Source of the DNA: Leeia speluncae
GTDB lineage: Bacteria > Pseudomonadota > Gammaproteobacteria > Burkholderiales > Leeiaceae
Assembly (NCBI RefSeq): GCF_020564625.1
Contig: NZ_JAJBZT010000002.1
Coordinates: 387,141-451,140 of the forward strand
DNA: 64,000 bases
Direction of reading: 5' to 3'
Part shown: one piece after another, positions 18,999 through 29,210 of the stretch
How the letters are laid out: the number at the start of each line of letters is the position of its first letter
Numbering within the stretch: position 1 is the first letter of the stretch
Translations under genes and position numbers: made by a program
Notes under the pieces: model-generated
The model's database searches: none
Told to the model about the DNA's origin: nothing
What the model saw: the letters and a program-made list of their open reading frames with translations, nothing else

Positions 18999-21900
18999 TG
19001 ATAATTCCTTTTTGTATTTCTTTCAGCACTTGCTGGGCAGCAGCAAAATCCAGATTTTGAATTAACCTGACTAACTGTGCAGTAAGATGATCCACAATAA
19101 CCGGTAAGGTATCGGTCAACAATACGATGTCATCGAGAATTTGTAAATTAAAAGAAGCCAATTGCTGCTCTACCGCTTCTAGCTTTTTCATACATTCCGC
19201 TTTAGAAACAAGGCGATTTGTATTCTCTTCTTTACGGTGCTGATCTTCAGGCAAATATTGCATCAAGAGATTCACACTCTCTTGCAGTAAGCGACGCAGT
19301 CTTGGTAATTCGGCTTTCAGATTGTCTTTCATCGTGGTCGGGTTATCGGTCGATTTAAACGCAGCTTCTAATGATTTCGCCCGTTCAGATAGCTCTCTTG
19401 CGCCAACGGTAGAAGACATTCCTTTCAAAGAGTGGATCGAAATTCTCGCCTCTTTAATTCGGCTCTCCGCCACGTAGCTTTCCAGCTCATCTAATAACTT
19501 ACTGGCTTCATCAGGAAACGCTAAAACAGAGGCGTGGAAGATTTGCTCGTTCTGGCTAAATCGCATCAAAATTAAAGATTTATCATCCACTAAGCCCGTC
19601 GCTTGTTCTGGCACGATGGTTGGCTGAACATCCACTTGATACTCATCTGGCACATGGCGTTTCAGTTCATCCAAGATAGTACGGATCACCACCCGCATCT
19701 CAATTGGCTTACTAATGTGGCCATTCATCCCTGCCGTTAAACAATTTGCACGGTCGGTAATAGATACGTTCGCGGTCATTGCCAAGATTGGCAGTTTTTG
19801 GAGTTCTGGGTGCAAACGTAATTGACGAGTTGCCTCAAATCCATCCATCACCGGCATTTGCAGATCCATTAGCACCGCATCAAATTTTTCATCCCCCGCC
19901 AATACCTTCTCTACACCCTCTTGCCCATTTTCAGCCAATACCACCGATGCACCAGCTGCGATCAGTAGCTCATGCGCAATCATCCGGTTTAGAGCATTAT
20001 CTTCTACCACCAGTAAATGAATCCCTTTCAGCGGTTTTTCATCTTTATCATGCACCACCATCCCTTCAAATATCTCGGCATGGCCAGTCAGCCCTTTCAC
20101 TAATTTGGTGGTTAAGTGCACAGGGGTAAAGGGTTTTGGCATTAGCCCATTAAACGGCACAGGGCCTTGCTCTTGCTCTAGGTGCATCATGTCATGGCCG
20201 ACACCTGTCACCATTAAAATAAACGGATGATCCGCACTCAGTGACACTTGCCGGATTTTATTAGCCGTTTCTAATCCATCTTCTCCCGGCATGTACCAGT
20301 CCATCAGTACCACATCGTAAGGTGTCCGTTCATTCACCGAAATTTTGTATTTGTCTAATGCACTAAAGCCATCTGTCGCACTATCAAATGGCCAACCGAG
20401 GAATCCAATACAGCGCTCCATCATGATACGAGTCACAGGGTTATCATCCACAATCAGCACGCGTGGCTGATCTGGTAGTTTGTCTAGCCCCGGCACATCC
20501 AATACCGTAGAGTCTTCTCTCATAAACGGTATATCTAATTCAAACCAGAATAAGCTGCCTTTTTCAAGCTCGCTCTCTAGCGTAATGTGGCCGCCCATTA
20601 AATGAATTAAATGCTGGCTAATTGCTAAGCCAAGCCCTGTACCACCAAATCGGCGGGTAGTAGAGGTCTCTGCCTGCGTAAAGCCTTCAAAAATCTTTTC
20701 TTGGCTTTCTTTACTAATCCCAATGCCCGAGTCTTGAATCTCAAAGCGAATCTTGGCGGCATAGTTCTCTTTTGATAAACAGCGGATAGATAAAGACACA
20801 AACCCGTGTGCCGTAAATTTAATCGCGTTCCCCATCAAGTTCAGAATCACTTGTTTTAGGCGTAGCGGATCGCCCATCAATCCACTCGGGATGTCTGGAT
20901 CAATATCAAACAACAATTCAACCGGTTTATTATTCAAATTACCGGAGATCACCGGTACTACATCGTCTAGAATCTCATCTAAGTGGAATGGCAAATCATC
21001 TAGCGTCAGTTTTTCTGCCTCAATCTTAGAAAAATCGAGAATATCGTTTAATAGCTCTAATAACGATCTAGCGGCTTGTCGCGCTTTTTCAGAATAATCA
21101 AATTGGCGTTGGGTTAAGTCGGTTTGCTGCAATAGTTGTAGCATCCCTAGTACCGCATTCATTGGTGTACGAATTTCATGGCTAACGTTCGCCATAAATC
21201 GGCTCTTGGTTTCACTGGCTTGTTCGGCTTGTGTTTTGGCTTCTACCAAGGTGTTTTCAAACTGCTTTTGTACGGTGATATCTTGGTTAGTACCAATCAC
21301 TAAAACGGGTAATCCCGCGGTATTTCGCTCTACATAAGCACCCGCCTTGATATATCGCGTTCCCAACTCTGGAATCACAATCCGGAATTCCACATCATAA
21401 TCGCCGGTGCCATCCATCAGCTCTTTAAGATGGTGCTCAATATCCCCTAAATCATCCGGGTGTACTAATGTTCGCCAATGGCTAAATGCGACGCCGGTGT
21501 CTAGATTTTCCATGGGCAAGTTATACATACGAAGACATTCTTCGTTGACTTGAACCATTTCCGAACCTGGTACCCACGTCCAAATGCCTAAGTGGGCGGT
21601 TTCTGCCGCAAGCCCTAGCTGCTCAGAGGTACGAACAATCTCACGCTGTTGCTCTTTCTCTTTGGTCACATCCCGCGCAATGCCCAAATAGCCAATAATT
21701 TCACCGCTCGCGTTTCTAGCAGGCGTAATCGTGAGAGCAGCCGTTAGTTTGCTGTCGTCTTTACGGACAAACGTCCATTCGGTGGTTTGTACTTCAAAGA
21801 TTTCCGGCTCATGCACAAAAATACGGAAGCCTGCGATTGGCATGCCATATTTAGCAGAGAGCATTTCACCGGCATGATGCACCTCTTCCATCACATGGAA

Positions 21901-24291
21901 TCTGGCTGGCGTACTTTTTCTCACCAACTCTTCCGCGGTATAGCCCAACATTTTTTCCGCGCCTTTGTTAAAGAGCGTAATCGTGCCTTGCTTATCTACG
22001 GCAATAATCGCCACTTCAGATGCTGCATTGAGTAAGTTTTTCAGTTCGAGGTTAACCTTCTCTACTTCTTCCTCAACTTGTTTACGTTCCGTAATATCAA
22101 TGCGCAGTGCGATATACTTTTCTGGCATCGCATCTGCCCCCATGATCGGGGTAATCAGGCTATCAAACCAACGTATTTCGCCAGATTTCGTCCGGTTGGC
22201 AATTTCACCATGCCAGGTATTGCCGGCGACCAAATGCATCCAGAAATTTTCCCAGAAATCGGGTAATTGGAACCCAGATTGCAAGATACGATGATTTTTA
22301 CCAATGATCTCTTCTTTGGTATAACCATGCACTTTGCAGAACTTTTCGTTTACATCAATGATGTTGCCGGCAGCATCTGTTTCTGAATACAACAGTTGTT
22401 CATTAATATTTTTTAGTAACTGATCATTCTCTTCTAATGCCAACGCCAATTGTTCTTTGCTCTCTACCACATCCGTTACATCGTGATAGATCACATAAAA
22501 ACCAATTACCTTCTTCTCTTGAAAATCTGGCAAGTAATTCACCATAAAGGTATGAACGCTGCCATCAGGTCCTTTTGATACGCGCTCAAAGCGTTGCGCC
22601 TCTCCTAACAAAACGGCTTTCACTTTAGAACGGCTAATTCGGTATAAGTCAGCCCCTAAGACTTGCTCAACACTCATACCAGGCATATCCCCAAACGGGA
22701 TGCTATACCACTCGTGGTACGCTGCATTGGCAACCACATTGATTTCATTGTTATCCCAATAACCAATCATCGATGGCATCACATCCATGATGGTGCGTAA
22801 ACTCTTCGTGGTTTTATTGAGTTCGTCAGATTGCTTCGCCACTTCTTCGGCGAGCGATTGATTTAAACGGCGAATTTCCTCTTCCGCCACTTTTTTCGCC
22901 GTAATGTCTGCAATCATCGAGGCGACCCCCACCACTTCACCTACTTCATTGCGAATAGGCGACATCGATACCGTGACATCAAATGGGCGGCCACTTTTGT
23001 GTAAACGTTTAGTTTCAAAACTGCTTAGCTGCTCACCACTGCCGACTCGGTGAATACATTTCAGCTCTTCGCCAGATAATTCTTCCGGCACAATCAGCCC
23101 AACCACCGATTGTCCGATCACTTCAGCAGCAGAATACCCAAACAGTTTTTCAGCAGCAGGGTTCCAACTAGTGACACGGCTGGTTAAATCTTTCCCGATA
23201 ATGGCATCAACCGAATTCGTAATAATGGCAGCTAAATTGGCTTGTACTTTGGCGTAGTCTTTGTCCCGCTGGCGGTTTCTTGCATAAAGTAGTACCACCC
23301 ACGCCATTAAGACAGAACCCACCACACCGGTGAAAAAGAGAATACCTAAGGGGAAATGATAAATGGTGTCGATGTAATCCGCATGCGGGTCTATCTGGAA
23401 CTGCCACTTGCGGCCAAAAAAAGTTTTCTCATAGGACTGCACCGCGTCTTTGCTAAGATGTTTGTCTTCCTCGTCCTCCCCTTTAGCAAAGAATTGAATC
23501 GGACGATGCTTATCCGATATATCCGACACCGTAATATGTGCTTTCGATAGCCGCCCCTTACTGAGTAAATCCCCCAATAAATCAGACATACTAAGTGGCG
23601 CATAAGCCCAAGCGGTGAGTAGTTTTTCCCTATCTTTTGGGTTGCCAGGGTCGACTATTCCCTTGTAAATCGGGAGTAAGAATAGAAAAGACTGTTGCTT
23701 CACTTTTGAAGCTTGTACAAGGGTAATTGGCGCGGTTAGCTGAGAAGTTCCTGTTAACATTGCCTTGTGAGCGGCCTCATACCGTCCCGCTTCAGAGGCA
23801 ATATCTAAACCCACCGCTGCTTTATTTTTCGCCAGCGGTTCCACCAAGGTAATCACATATTGGTCACCCACATGCTGGGTAAACCCGTGAATTTTAAAAC
23901 TCGCATCAATTTCTGTTTTAGCATCTTTTAAGAAGCCATTTAACTCTTCAGGCCGTACCCGGTTAATAATGCCAAAGCCCCGAATGCCCGGAAACTCTTT
24001 TGCAATGTCACGTGTTTGCATGTAATGGTAGAACTGTTCACGACTCATCACTAAGGTTTCGGCTGTAATATAGCTACCCCTCGCCCCACGTAATCCATGC
24101 TCATAGGCTTGGATACGGGACTCAATGGTATCGGCAACGTGATCCACATCTGCCATTAGCTGGCTGTTTACGCGTCGCTTATTTTGGTAGTCTGCCAAAA
24201 AAGTAACGAGTGCAGTGACCAAAATACCCGCCAATAAGACGTACAACGGAAGGTTGGCCTGATTTTTTTCCTTGCCCGGTAGCATGTACAA
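18979..24291 (-). CDS. Giant hybrid sensor histidine kinase: periplasmic CHASE-like sensor, TM, multiple PAS/PAC, HisKA, HATPase, two REC domains and C-terminal HPt
   Basis: H-box SHEIRTPMNAVLGM, ATPase G-boxes, two receiver motifs (LIVDDNP..D; LVVEDNALN..D) and HPt HSLKGMSSTVGA. The gene overlaps the downstream RR-GGDEF gene by 20 nt. Confidence 0.85.
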   Translation of the reverse strand: MYMLPGKEKNQANLPLYVLLAGILVTALVTFLADYQNKRRVNSQLMADVDHVADTIESRIQAYEHGLRGARGSYITAETLVMSREQFYHYMQTRDIAKEFPGIRGFGIINRVRPEELNGFLKDAKTEIDASFKIHGFTQHVGDQYVITLVEPLAKNKAAVGLDIASEAGRYEAAHKAMLTGTSQLTAPITLVQASKVKQQSFLFLLPIYKGIVDPGNPKDREKLLTAWAYAPLSMSDLLGDLLSKGRLSKAHITVSDISDKHRPIQFFAKGEDEEDKHLSKDAVQSYEKTFFGRKWQFQIDPHADYIDTIYHFPLGILFFTGVVGSVLMAWVVLLYARNRQRDKDYAKVQANLAAIITNSVDAIIGKDLTSRVTSWNPAAEKLFGYSAAEVIGQSVVGLIVPEELSGEELKCIHRVGSGEQLSSFETKRLHKSGRPFDVTVSMSPIRNEVGEVVGVASMIADITAKKVAEEEIRRLNQSLAEEVAKQSDELNKTTKSLRTIMDVMPSMIGYWDNNEINVVANAAYHEWYSIPFGDMPGMSVEQVLGADLYRISRSKVKAVLLGEAQRFERVSKGPDGSVHTFMVNYLPDFQEKKVIGFYVIYHDVTDVVESKEQLALALEENDQLLKNINEQLLYSETDAAGNIIDVNEKFCKVHGYTKEEIIGKNHRILQSGFQLPDFWENFWMHLVAGNTWHGEIANRTKSGEIRWFDSLITPIMGADAMPEKYIALRIDITERKQVEEEVEKVNLELKNLLNAASEVAIIAVDKQGTITLFNKGAEKMLGYTAEELVRKSTPARFHVMEEVHHAGEMLSAKYGMPIAGFRIFVHEPEIFEVQTTEWTFVRKDDSKLTAALTITPARNASGEIIGYLGIARDVTKEKEQQREIVRTSEQLGLAAETAHLGIWTWVPGSEMVQVNEECLRMYNLPMENLDTGVAFSHWRTLVHPDDLGDIEHHLKELMDGTGDYDVEFRIVIPELGTRYIKAGAYVERNTAGLPVLVIGTNQDITVQKQFENTLVEAKTQAEQASETKSRFMANVSHEIRTPMNAVLGMLQLLQQTDLTQRQFDYSEKARQAARSLLELLNDILDFSKIEAEKLTLDDLPFHLDEILDDVVPVISGNLNNKPVELLFDIDPDIPSGLMGDPLRLKQVILNLMGNAIKFTAHGFVSLSIRCLSKENYAAKIRFEIQDSGIGISKESQEKIFEGFTQAETSTTRRFGGTGLGLAISQHLIHLMGGHITLESELEKGSLFWFELDIPFMREDSTVLDVPGLDKLPDQPRVLIVDDNPVTRIMMERCIGFLGWPFDSATDGFSALDKYKISVNERTPYDVVLMDWYMPGEDGLETANKIRQVSLSADHPFILMVTGVGHDMMHLEQEQGPVPFNGLMPKPFTPVHLTTKLVKGLTGHAEIFEGMVVHDKDEKPLKGIHLLVVEDNALNRMIAHELLIAAGASVVLAENGQEGVEKVLAGDEKFDAVLMDLQMPVMDGFEATRQLRLHPELQKLPILAMTANVSITDRANCLTAGMNGHISKPIEMRVVIRTILDELKRHVPDEYQVDVQPTIVPEQATGLVDDKSLILMRFSQNEQIFHASVLAFPDEASKLLDELESYVAESRIKEARISIHSLKGMSSTVGARELSERAKSLEAAFKSTDNPTTMKDNLKAELPRLRRLLQESVNLLMQYLPEDQHRKEENTNRLVSKAECMKKLEAVEQQLASFNLQILDDIVLLTDTLPVIVDHLTAQLVRLIQNLDFAAAQQVLKEIQKGIISADLPE

Positions 24292-24424
24292 AACCTTTAT
24301 ATTTCATCGTGTTCTCTATGAATAATAGATCTCGTACCGTACAAGTCAAAGGCAGATCGAAGGATTAATGACTTTTTACGAAGGATATTTTAGGTAACGC
24401 CAAAATAAAGCGTTTCACGTGAAA

Positions 24425-24447
24425 CGAGGCAGACACAATCTGCCTCG
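24425..24447 (-). terminator. Hairpin terminator downstream of the virD4-like gene
   Basis: Stem gaggcaga/tctgcctc (5-nt loop), then a T-rich run on the minus strand. Confidence 0.4.
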
Positions 24448-24465
24448 ATAAATGAACAGTACCAA

Positions 24466-26139
24466 TTACAAGGTCAGCAGAGGAATATCTGCTTTAGGAA
24501 TTAAACGCTCTTTAAACACCGGTTCTTGGTAATAACGAATCTTCTCGCACATGACCGGGCTACTTAACGCTTCGCACAAGAAAATCTCTTTATCTTGGCT
24601 CATTGCTTTTAGTTCTTGCGGCAACATTAACGCACGTTTTTCATCCGACTCGGTTTTGCTGACATCACGCCCGCGCGAGACGCTTTCTTTGCGTACACTG
24701 CGGTAACCCAGCATTTCCGAATACTCATTGGCATCTTTTTGCTCTCTTGGCGTGTACAAAATTTGTAAGGCATGGTTTGTCATCAACGTCCGGCTTTGCT
24801 CTTGCCCATATGTCCCATCTAATTGCGAAATAGACTGAATAATTGGCAACAATCGAATGTTATAGCCCGCCATATAGCTCACTGCTTTTGCAATAATGTC
24901 TACTCGCCCAATTGAGGTAAACTCATCCATTAATAGTAAACATTGGTATTTCAACTCTGGGTTGTTCTGCGGTAATTCCTTGGTATTAATGTTAATCAAT
25001 TGCGAGAAAAATAGATTAATAATTAATCTGGCTTCTGCCAATTTATTAGGCTGAATACCAATATAAATCGTCATTTTTCGCTTACGAACATCGGTGAGCA
25101 AAAAATCATCTGCTGCGGTTGCCGCATCGGTAATCGGGTTTAACCAAGGCAATAATGGTTCTTTAAACGTCCCCAAGATACTCGAAAAGGTTTCCTCTGC
25201 TTGCGATAACATCCCTGCAAATGCTGTTTTACAGCGACTACTCACAAACGGCATTTCAGATAACTTGGTGAAGTAGGCGCGTAAATCCGTTCCATCTCCA
25301 CTAGATAAGCGGTATAGCGCACCAATGGAACATACAGGAAGTAACTCGGCAGGCACGCCGTCTTTTCGTTTTTGCTCGCGTCGCTCGAACAAAAAAAGCG
25401 CGAGTGCTAAAAACATATTTTGCGCTTGATTCATCCAAAAACGATCTTTCCCATCTTCTCCAACCGGGTAAAGCATCGCCGCAATACTCATTAGATCGGA
25501 CACCCTAAAATCCGGATCATCAGAGACATAGGTCAGTGGATTCCAACGGTGCGTTTTACGATCTTCTGCAAATGGGTTAAACAGGTAAACCTCTTGGCCA
25601 TACTTTTGGCGAAACCCACTGGTTAGTTCAAAGTTTTCTTGTTTAATATCTAACACCACCATCGACTCTTGATAAGACAATAGGTTAGGAATCACAATCC
25701 CGACCCCCTTACCAGAACGCGTAGGTGCCGCTAATAACGGAAACTGTTGCCCAGAGAAATACAAAAACCGGCCATTTGCCTTGCCAACTACCACGCTAGT
25801 CGGTTGTTGTTCAAAAAACCCTTTTTTGCTCAAGTCCGCCACGCTCGCAAAGCGCGCATCGCCATACAGCGAGTCTCTGTTAGTGAGCAGTTTATAAAGT
25901 AAAAAGCCCAACAAGATGAACGGTACGCCAGCACCAATCGCTAAAGACAGCTTCAATTTCCAAGCAACTGCAGGTACTTCATGGTATCGAGCAAAATACT
26001 GATAAAACGTCGTTGGCCCCAAAATACTTGTCGGCAACTTTGTCATCAATAAAAACAAATATCCACTTAGGTATAGCGCAACAAGCACCGCTACCGGTAC
26101 GGCCGCTAGCGAGATAACTTTTTTCTTTTCCACAAACAT
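24466..26139 (-). CDS. virD4: Type IV secretion coupling protein, VirD4/TraG family
   Basis: Two N-terminal TM helices, Walker A (APTRSGKGVGIVIPNLL) and Walker B (LLLMDEFTSIG), typical of a T4CP. Confidence 0.8.
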   Translation of the reverse strand: MFVEKKKVISLAAVPVAVLVALYLSGYLFLLMTKLPTSILGPTTFYQYFARYHEVPAVAWKLKLSLAIGAGVPFILLGFLLYKLLTNRDSLYGDARFASVADLSKKGFFEQQPTSVVVGKANGRFLYFSGQQFPLLAAPTRSGKGVGIVIPNLLSYQESMVVLDIKQENFELTSGFRQKYGQEVYLFNPFAEDRKTHRWNPLTYVSDDPDFRVSDLMSIAAMLYPVGEDGKDRFWMNQAQNMFLALALFLFERREQKRKDGVPAELLPVCSIGALYRLSSGDGTDLRAYFTKLSEMPFVSSRCKTAFAGMLSQAEETFSSILGTFKEPLLPWLNPITDAATAADDFLLTDVRKRKMTIYIGIQPNKLAEARLIINLFFSQLININTKELPQNNPELKYQCLLLMDEFTSIGRVDIIAKAVSYMAGYNIRLLPIIQSISQLDGTYGQEQSRTLMTNHALQILYTPREQKDANEYSEMLGYRSVRKESVSRGRDVSKTESDEKRALMLPQELKAMSQDKEIFLCEALSSPVMCEKIRYYQEPVFKERLIPKADIPLLTL

Positions 26140-26223
26140 CTCAATTCATTCCTACTCAAACAACAAAACGGCATCTATACGAGCATGCCGTCTCTTTTTT
26201 AGTAGCCATCGTGAAGCGAAGGG

Positions 26224-27975
26224 TTAGACCTCCATGACGCGATGACCCTGTTGCTTTTGTTGGCTCTCTTGAAGCGTCCTTGCTTGCTCACTTTGCTGCA
26301 AGGTAGCCACCTGAGATGCGGCGGGAATTTCTTTAACCTGATGCGGATCAACCCTTGCATCTTTGAATTCATCCCATTGGTGATACAACTGTCCATCTTT
26401 CGCCTGATGGACATAATCTAGCTTACTTGCCTTCATTTCGTTGGCTTGCGTCGCCATGCAAGTCATCACATTCCGTTTCTGATCATCTGTCATGCCATGC
26501 AGATAGTCAGACGTATATTTTGCGACTTGGTCGTATAACCCTTTTAGATAATCAGGCAGACTATACTGACGCTCTGGCAGGAATGGAGACGCAGCAAAAG
26601 CACGGTCATTCGGTGTTTTTTCTGCAGCCGCACGAGGGTCTAGAGACGGTTTAATTTCTACAATTTCTCTAAGCCCAGGTTGACGGAATTCATCTTTCGG
26701 TCGAATAGCGCCAAGGTATTCTTTGTTCCAAGGATCTGCATCCAAGCGTGCTAATGCAGGACCAGTAGACGATTGCGACCCAAAAAACTGTGGGTGCCCA
26801 TTCGCATCTTTTCCTGCATAAATACCAATATGCTGTGATGTCTTTCCTGTTTTAAACATCACCAAGTCGCCGGGTTGAAGATCCTCTTTACTCCCCACAC
26901 GGTCGAAGTGCTTTTCGGCATAAGAGGTCAGGTGCTTCCCTTCAAATAGGGCGTGTGTCGTAAATCCAAACGAACCATCTTTATGAGTTGGAAATTTTTC
27001 TTCGATGTTGTATCCCGCCCCTTTCATCGCGTAATAAACAAGCGCAGAACAATCAACGCCTTTACGCCCGTCACCATCCCGATCTTGGTTATAACGCGTA
27101 CCATCAAATTTATTTCCCTGACCATTTTTCACTAACTCCCCAGCCATATCCTCACGGCCATATTCATGGGTTTTGCTAGAGAAATTACGGGTTGCATAAT
27201 CCAAAATGGAACGTTGATGATGTAAAACAGGGTCAGCAAGCTGACTTGGTTGTTTAGACTGTCCTGCTATCTCTTCTACAGAAGATAGATGTTTATGACC
27301 TAAGAAAATCTCTGCACTATCATGGTATCGCTTATCGAAGCCACTACCTGCTTTATGACCAATTGCATCGAACGCTTGTTTTAATTCTTTTTCTGAATGG
27401 TTTGTTTGGTACTGCTTTACTGCATGCGCTAATTTTTCAGAAGCGGATGGGTTATGCCACACCATAGAAAACATGACAGCTTTTTGAGCATCGCTAAGTG
27501 CTGAAACCTCTACGCCTGCCTTGGCTAGGTTTTTATTTAATTTTGCTTCATATTCAGGTGCAAATTGATCAACCAACGCTTTACTTTGAGCATCTGTTAA
27601 TGTCAGTTGTTTTTGCCATTCCGGAGAAGCAAACACATACGAATGACCTGACTTATCTAATTTTAAAGAGGTTATTTCACCGATTGCTTTACCTCGTGAA
27701 GAAGCTTCAAAATCTTTGAATTTTGGATGAGAACCATCTGGTGTATGTTGTAGGACATGCCCAACTTGCTGCAAATCAGCTTTTAATTTTGGTAAAGGAT
27801 ATCCAATCGCCTCTTCTACCTTTGCCCATCTCTCTTCATTAAAGGCACCGTTTTTTCCATTACATAAATTGATGCCAGCACCAATCGTTGGATACCCTTT
27901 TGTATCTAGATAAACATATCCAACCACATCTTCCATCTGCTTAAGTGCAGCATACCGAGCAGACTCATAACTCAT
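26224..27975 (-). CDS. Two-domain peptidoglycan hydrolase (N-terminal T4-lysozyme/GH24-like, central NlpC/P60 peptidase) with Gln-rich C-terminal tail; candidate T4SS-delivered antibacterial effector
   Basis: E...D...T motif (MEDVVGYVYLDTKGYPTIGAGINL) like T4L residues 11-30. NlpC/P60 Cys (GVDCSALV) and His (TSQHIGIYAG). C-terminal QQSEQARTLQESQQKQQ. Confidence 0.65.
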   Translation of the reverse strand: MSYESARYAALKQMEDVVGYVYLDTKGYPTIGAGINLCNGKNGAFNEERWAKVEEAIGYPLPKLKADLQQVGHVLQHTPDGSHPKFKDFEASSRGKAIGEITSLKLDKSGHSYVFASPEWQKQLTLTDAQSKALVDQFAPEYEAKLNKNLAKAGVEVSALSDAQKAVMFSMVWHNPSASEKLAHAVKQYQTNHSEKELKQAFDAIGHKAGSGFDKRYHDSAEIFLGHKHLSSVEEIAGQSKQPSQLADPVLHHQRSILDYATRNFSSKTHEYGREDMAGELVKNGQGNKFDGTRYNQDRDGDGRKGVDCSALVYYAMKGAGYNIEEKFPTHKDGSFGFTTHALFEGKHLTSYAEKHFDRVGSKEDLQPGDLVMFKTGKTSQHIGIYAGKDANGHPQFFGSQSSTGPALARLDADPWNKEYLGAIRPKDEFRQPGLREIVEIKPSLDPRAAAEKTPNDRAFAASPFLPERQYSLPDYLKGLYDQVAKYTSDYLHGMTDDQKRNVMTCMATQANEMKASKLDYVHQAKDGQLYHQWDEFKDARVDPHQVKEIPAASQVATLQQSEQARTLQESQQKQQGHRVMEV

Positions 27976-28115
27976 TTATTCACCATTCATCACATTGTCA
28001 TAAAACGCGAATAATACCATTAGCATTTAAATATGCAATATACATATGAAGATTTTATACGTAAAAAAACCCGCTAGTGCGGGTTTATCTCGGTGGTTCT
28101 GTTTACACAATCTGA

Positions 28116-29210
28116 CTAGAGAAATCGTAATCCCTCTATCCAAACTTGTTCGATTGCTAGCGATCTATTCATCACGACAAGATCAGAAAATGCCCCGAGC
28201 ACCAATTGCCCTCTATCCGCCATACCCAAATACTCTGCAGGGTTTTTAGACAGTCGTTTCGAGGCTTCCGCGAGTGGCAAACCAATACTGACCAAGTTAC
28301 GCAGCGCTTGATCCATTGTTAGCGTACTTCCTGCTAGCGTGCCATCGGCTAACCGCACTGCACCTAAGCACTTATGCACCGTTTGACGCCCTAATTGGTA
28401 ATCGCCATCTGGCATACCGGTGGCGGCCGTTGCATCAGTCACGGCATACAGCTGAGGAATCGCTCTTAAGGCAGATAAAATCGCGCCGGGGTGTACATGA
28501 ATTAAATCAGGGATAATTTCTGCAAATTGCGCATGTGCTAAGGCTGCACCTACTTGGCCCGGTGCACGATGATGCAACGCAGTCATCGCATTAAACAAAT
28601 GAGTAAAGCCCGAAGCTCCTTCATTAAGCGCAGCCAACGCCTCTTCATAAGATGCATTGCTATGGCCTAACTGAACACGAATCCCTTTATCTGCCAACTG
28701 CCTGATTAAGGCTAAATGCCCAGTCAACTCTGGGGCCATGGTCAGTACTTTAATCGCGGCAATTGCATCATAATTCGCCACATCGGCAAGGGTGGCACTA
28801 CTCGCGTAATCTGGTTGCGCACCAAGTTTGGCAGGGCTAATAAATGGCCCTTCCAAGTGCACACCTAATACTTTTGCACCACCACCAGATACGGGCATTT
28901 GTTCCGCAATACCGCTTAACGCTCGCTCAATATCACTGGCAGGCGCCGTCATCGTCGTCGCTAATAGGGACGTCGTACCATAACGTGCATGGGTAGTGGT
29001 GATGGTCTGAATCGCATCCCCGCCCTCCATCACATCCCGGCCTCCACCCCCATGTACATGCAGGTCGATGAAGCCAGGCAGGATATACGGTAAGGCATTG
29101 GTTGTGGGATCCGTTGGCGTTGCGTCTATCGATAGTATTCGGCTAGCAATTTCGATTTGCCCAACCACCCAACCAGCCGGCGTAAGAATATTTCCCTGTA
29201 GAAAACTCAT
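28116..29210 (-). CDS. nagA: N-acetylglucosamine-6-phosphate deacetylase
   Basis: NagA motifs DLHVHGGGG and metal-binding His/Glu pattern; about 360 aa. Confidence 0.85.
   Translation of the reverse strand: MSFLQGNILTPAGWVVGQIEIASRILSIDATPTDPTTNALPYILPGFIDLHVHGGGGRDVMEGGDAIQTITTTHARYGTTSLLATTMTAPASDIERALSGIAEQMPVSGGGAKVLGVHLEGPFISPAKLGAQPDYASSATLADVANYDAIAAIKVLTMAPELTGHLALIRQLADKGIRVQLGHSNASYEEALAALNEGASGFTHLFNAMTALHHRAPGQVGAALAHAQFAEIIPDLIHVHPGAILSALRAIPQLYAVTDATAATGMPDGDYQLGRQTVHKCLGAVRLADGTLAGSTLTMDQALRNLVSIGLPLAEASKRLSKNPAEYLGMADRGQLVLGAFSDLVVMNRSLAIEQVWIEGLRFL

Noticed and set aside
26199-26414. A 71-aa ORF as the missing immunity gene of the hydrolase effector
   Set aside because: It overlaps the 3' end of the effector gene in a different frame, has no signal peptide or lipobox, and looks like a frame artefact.
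24466-27975. The VirD4 gene as part of an intact conjugative element or ICE
   Set aside because: No relaxase, VirB/Trb genes, integrase or oriT-like repeats flank it within about 10 kb in the window. The neighbours are chromosomal signalling and nag genes.
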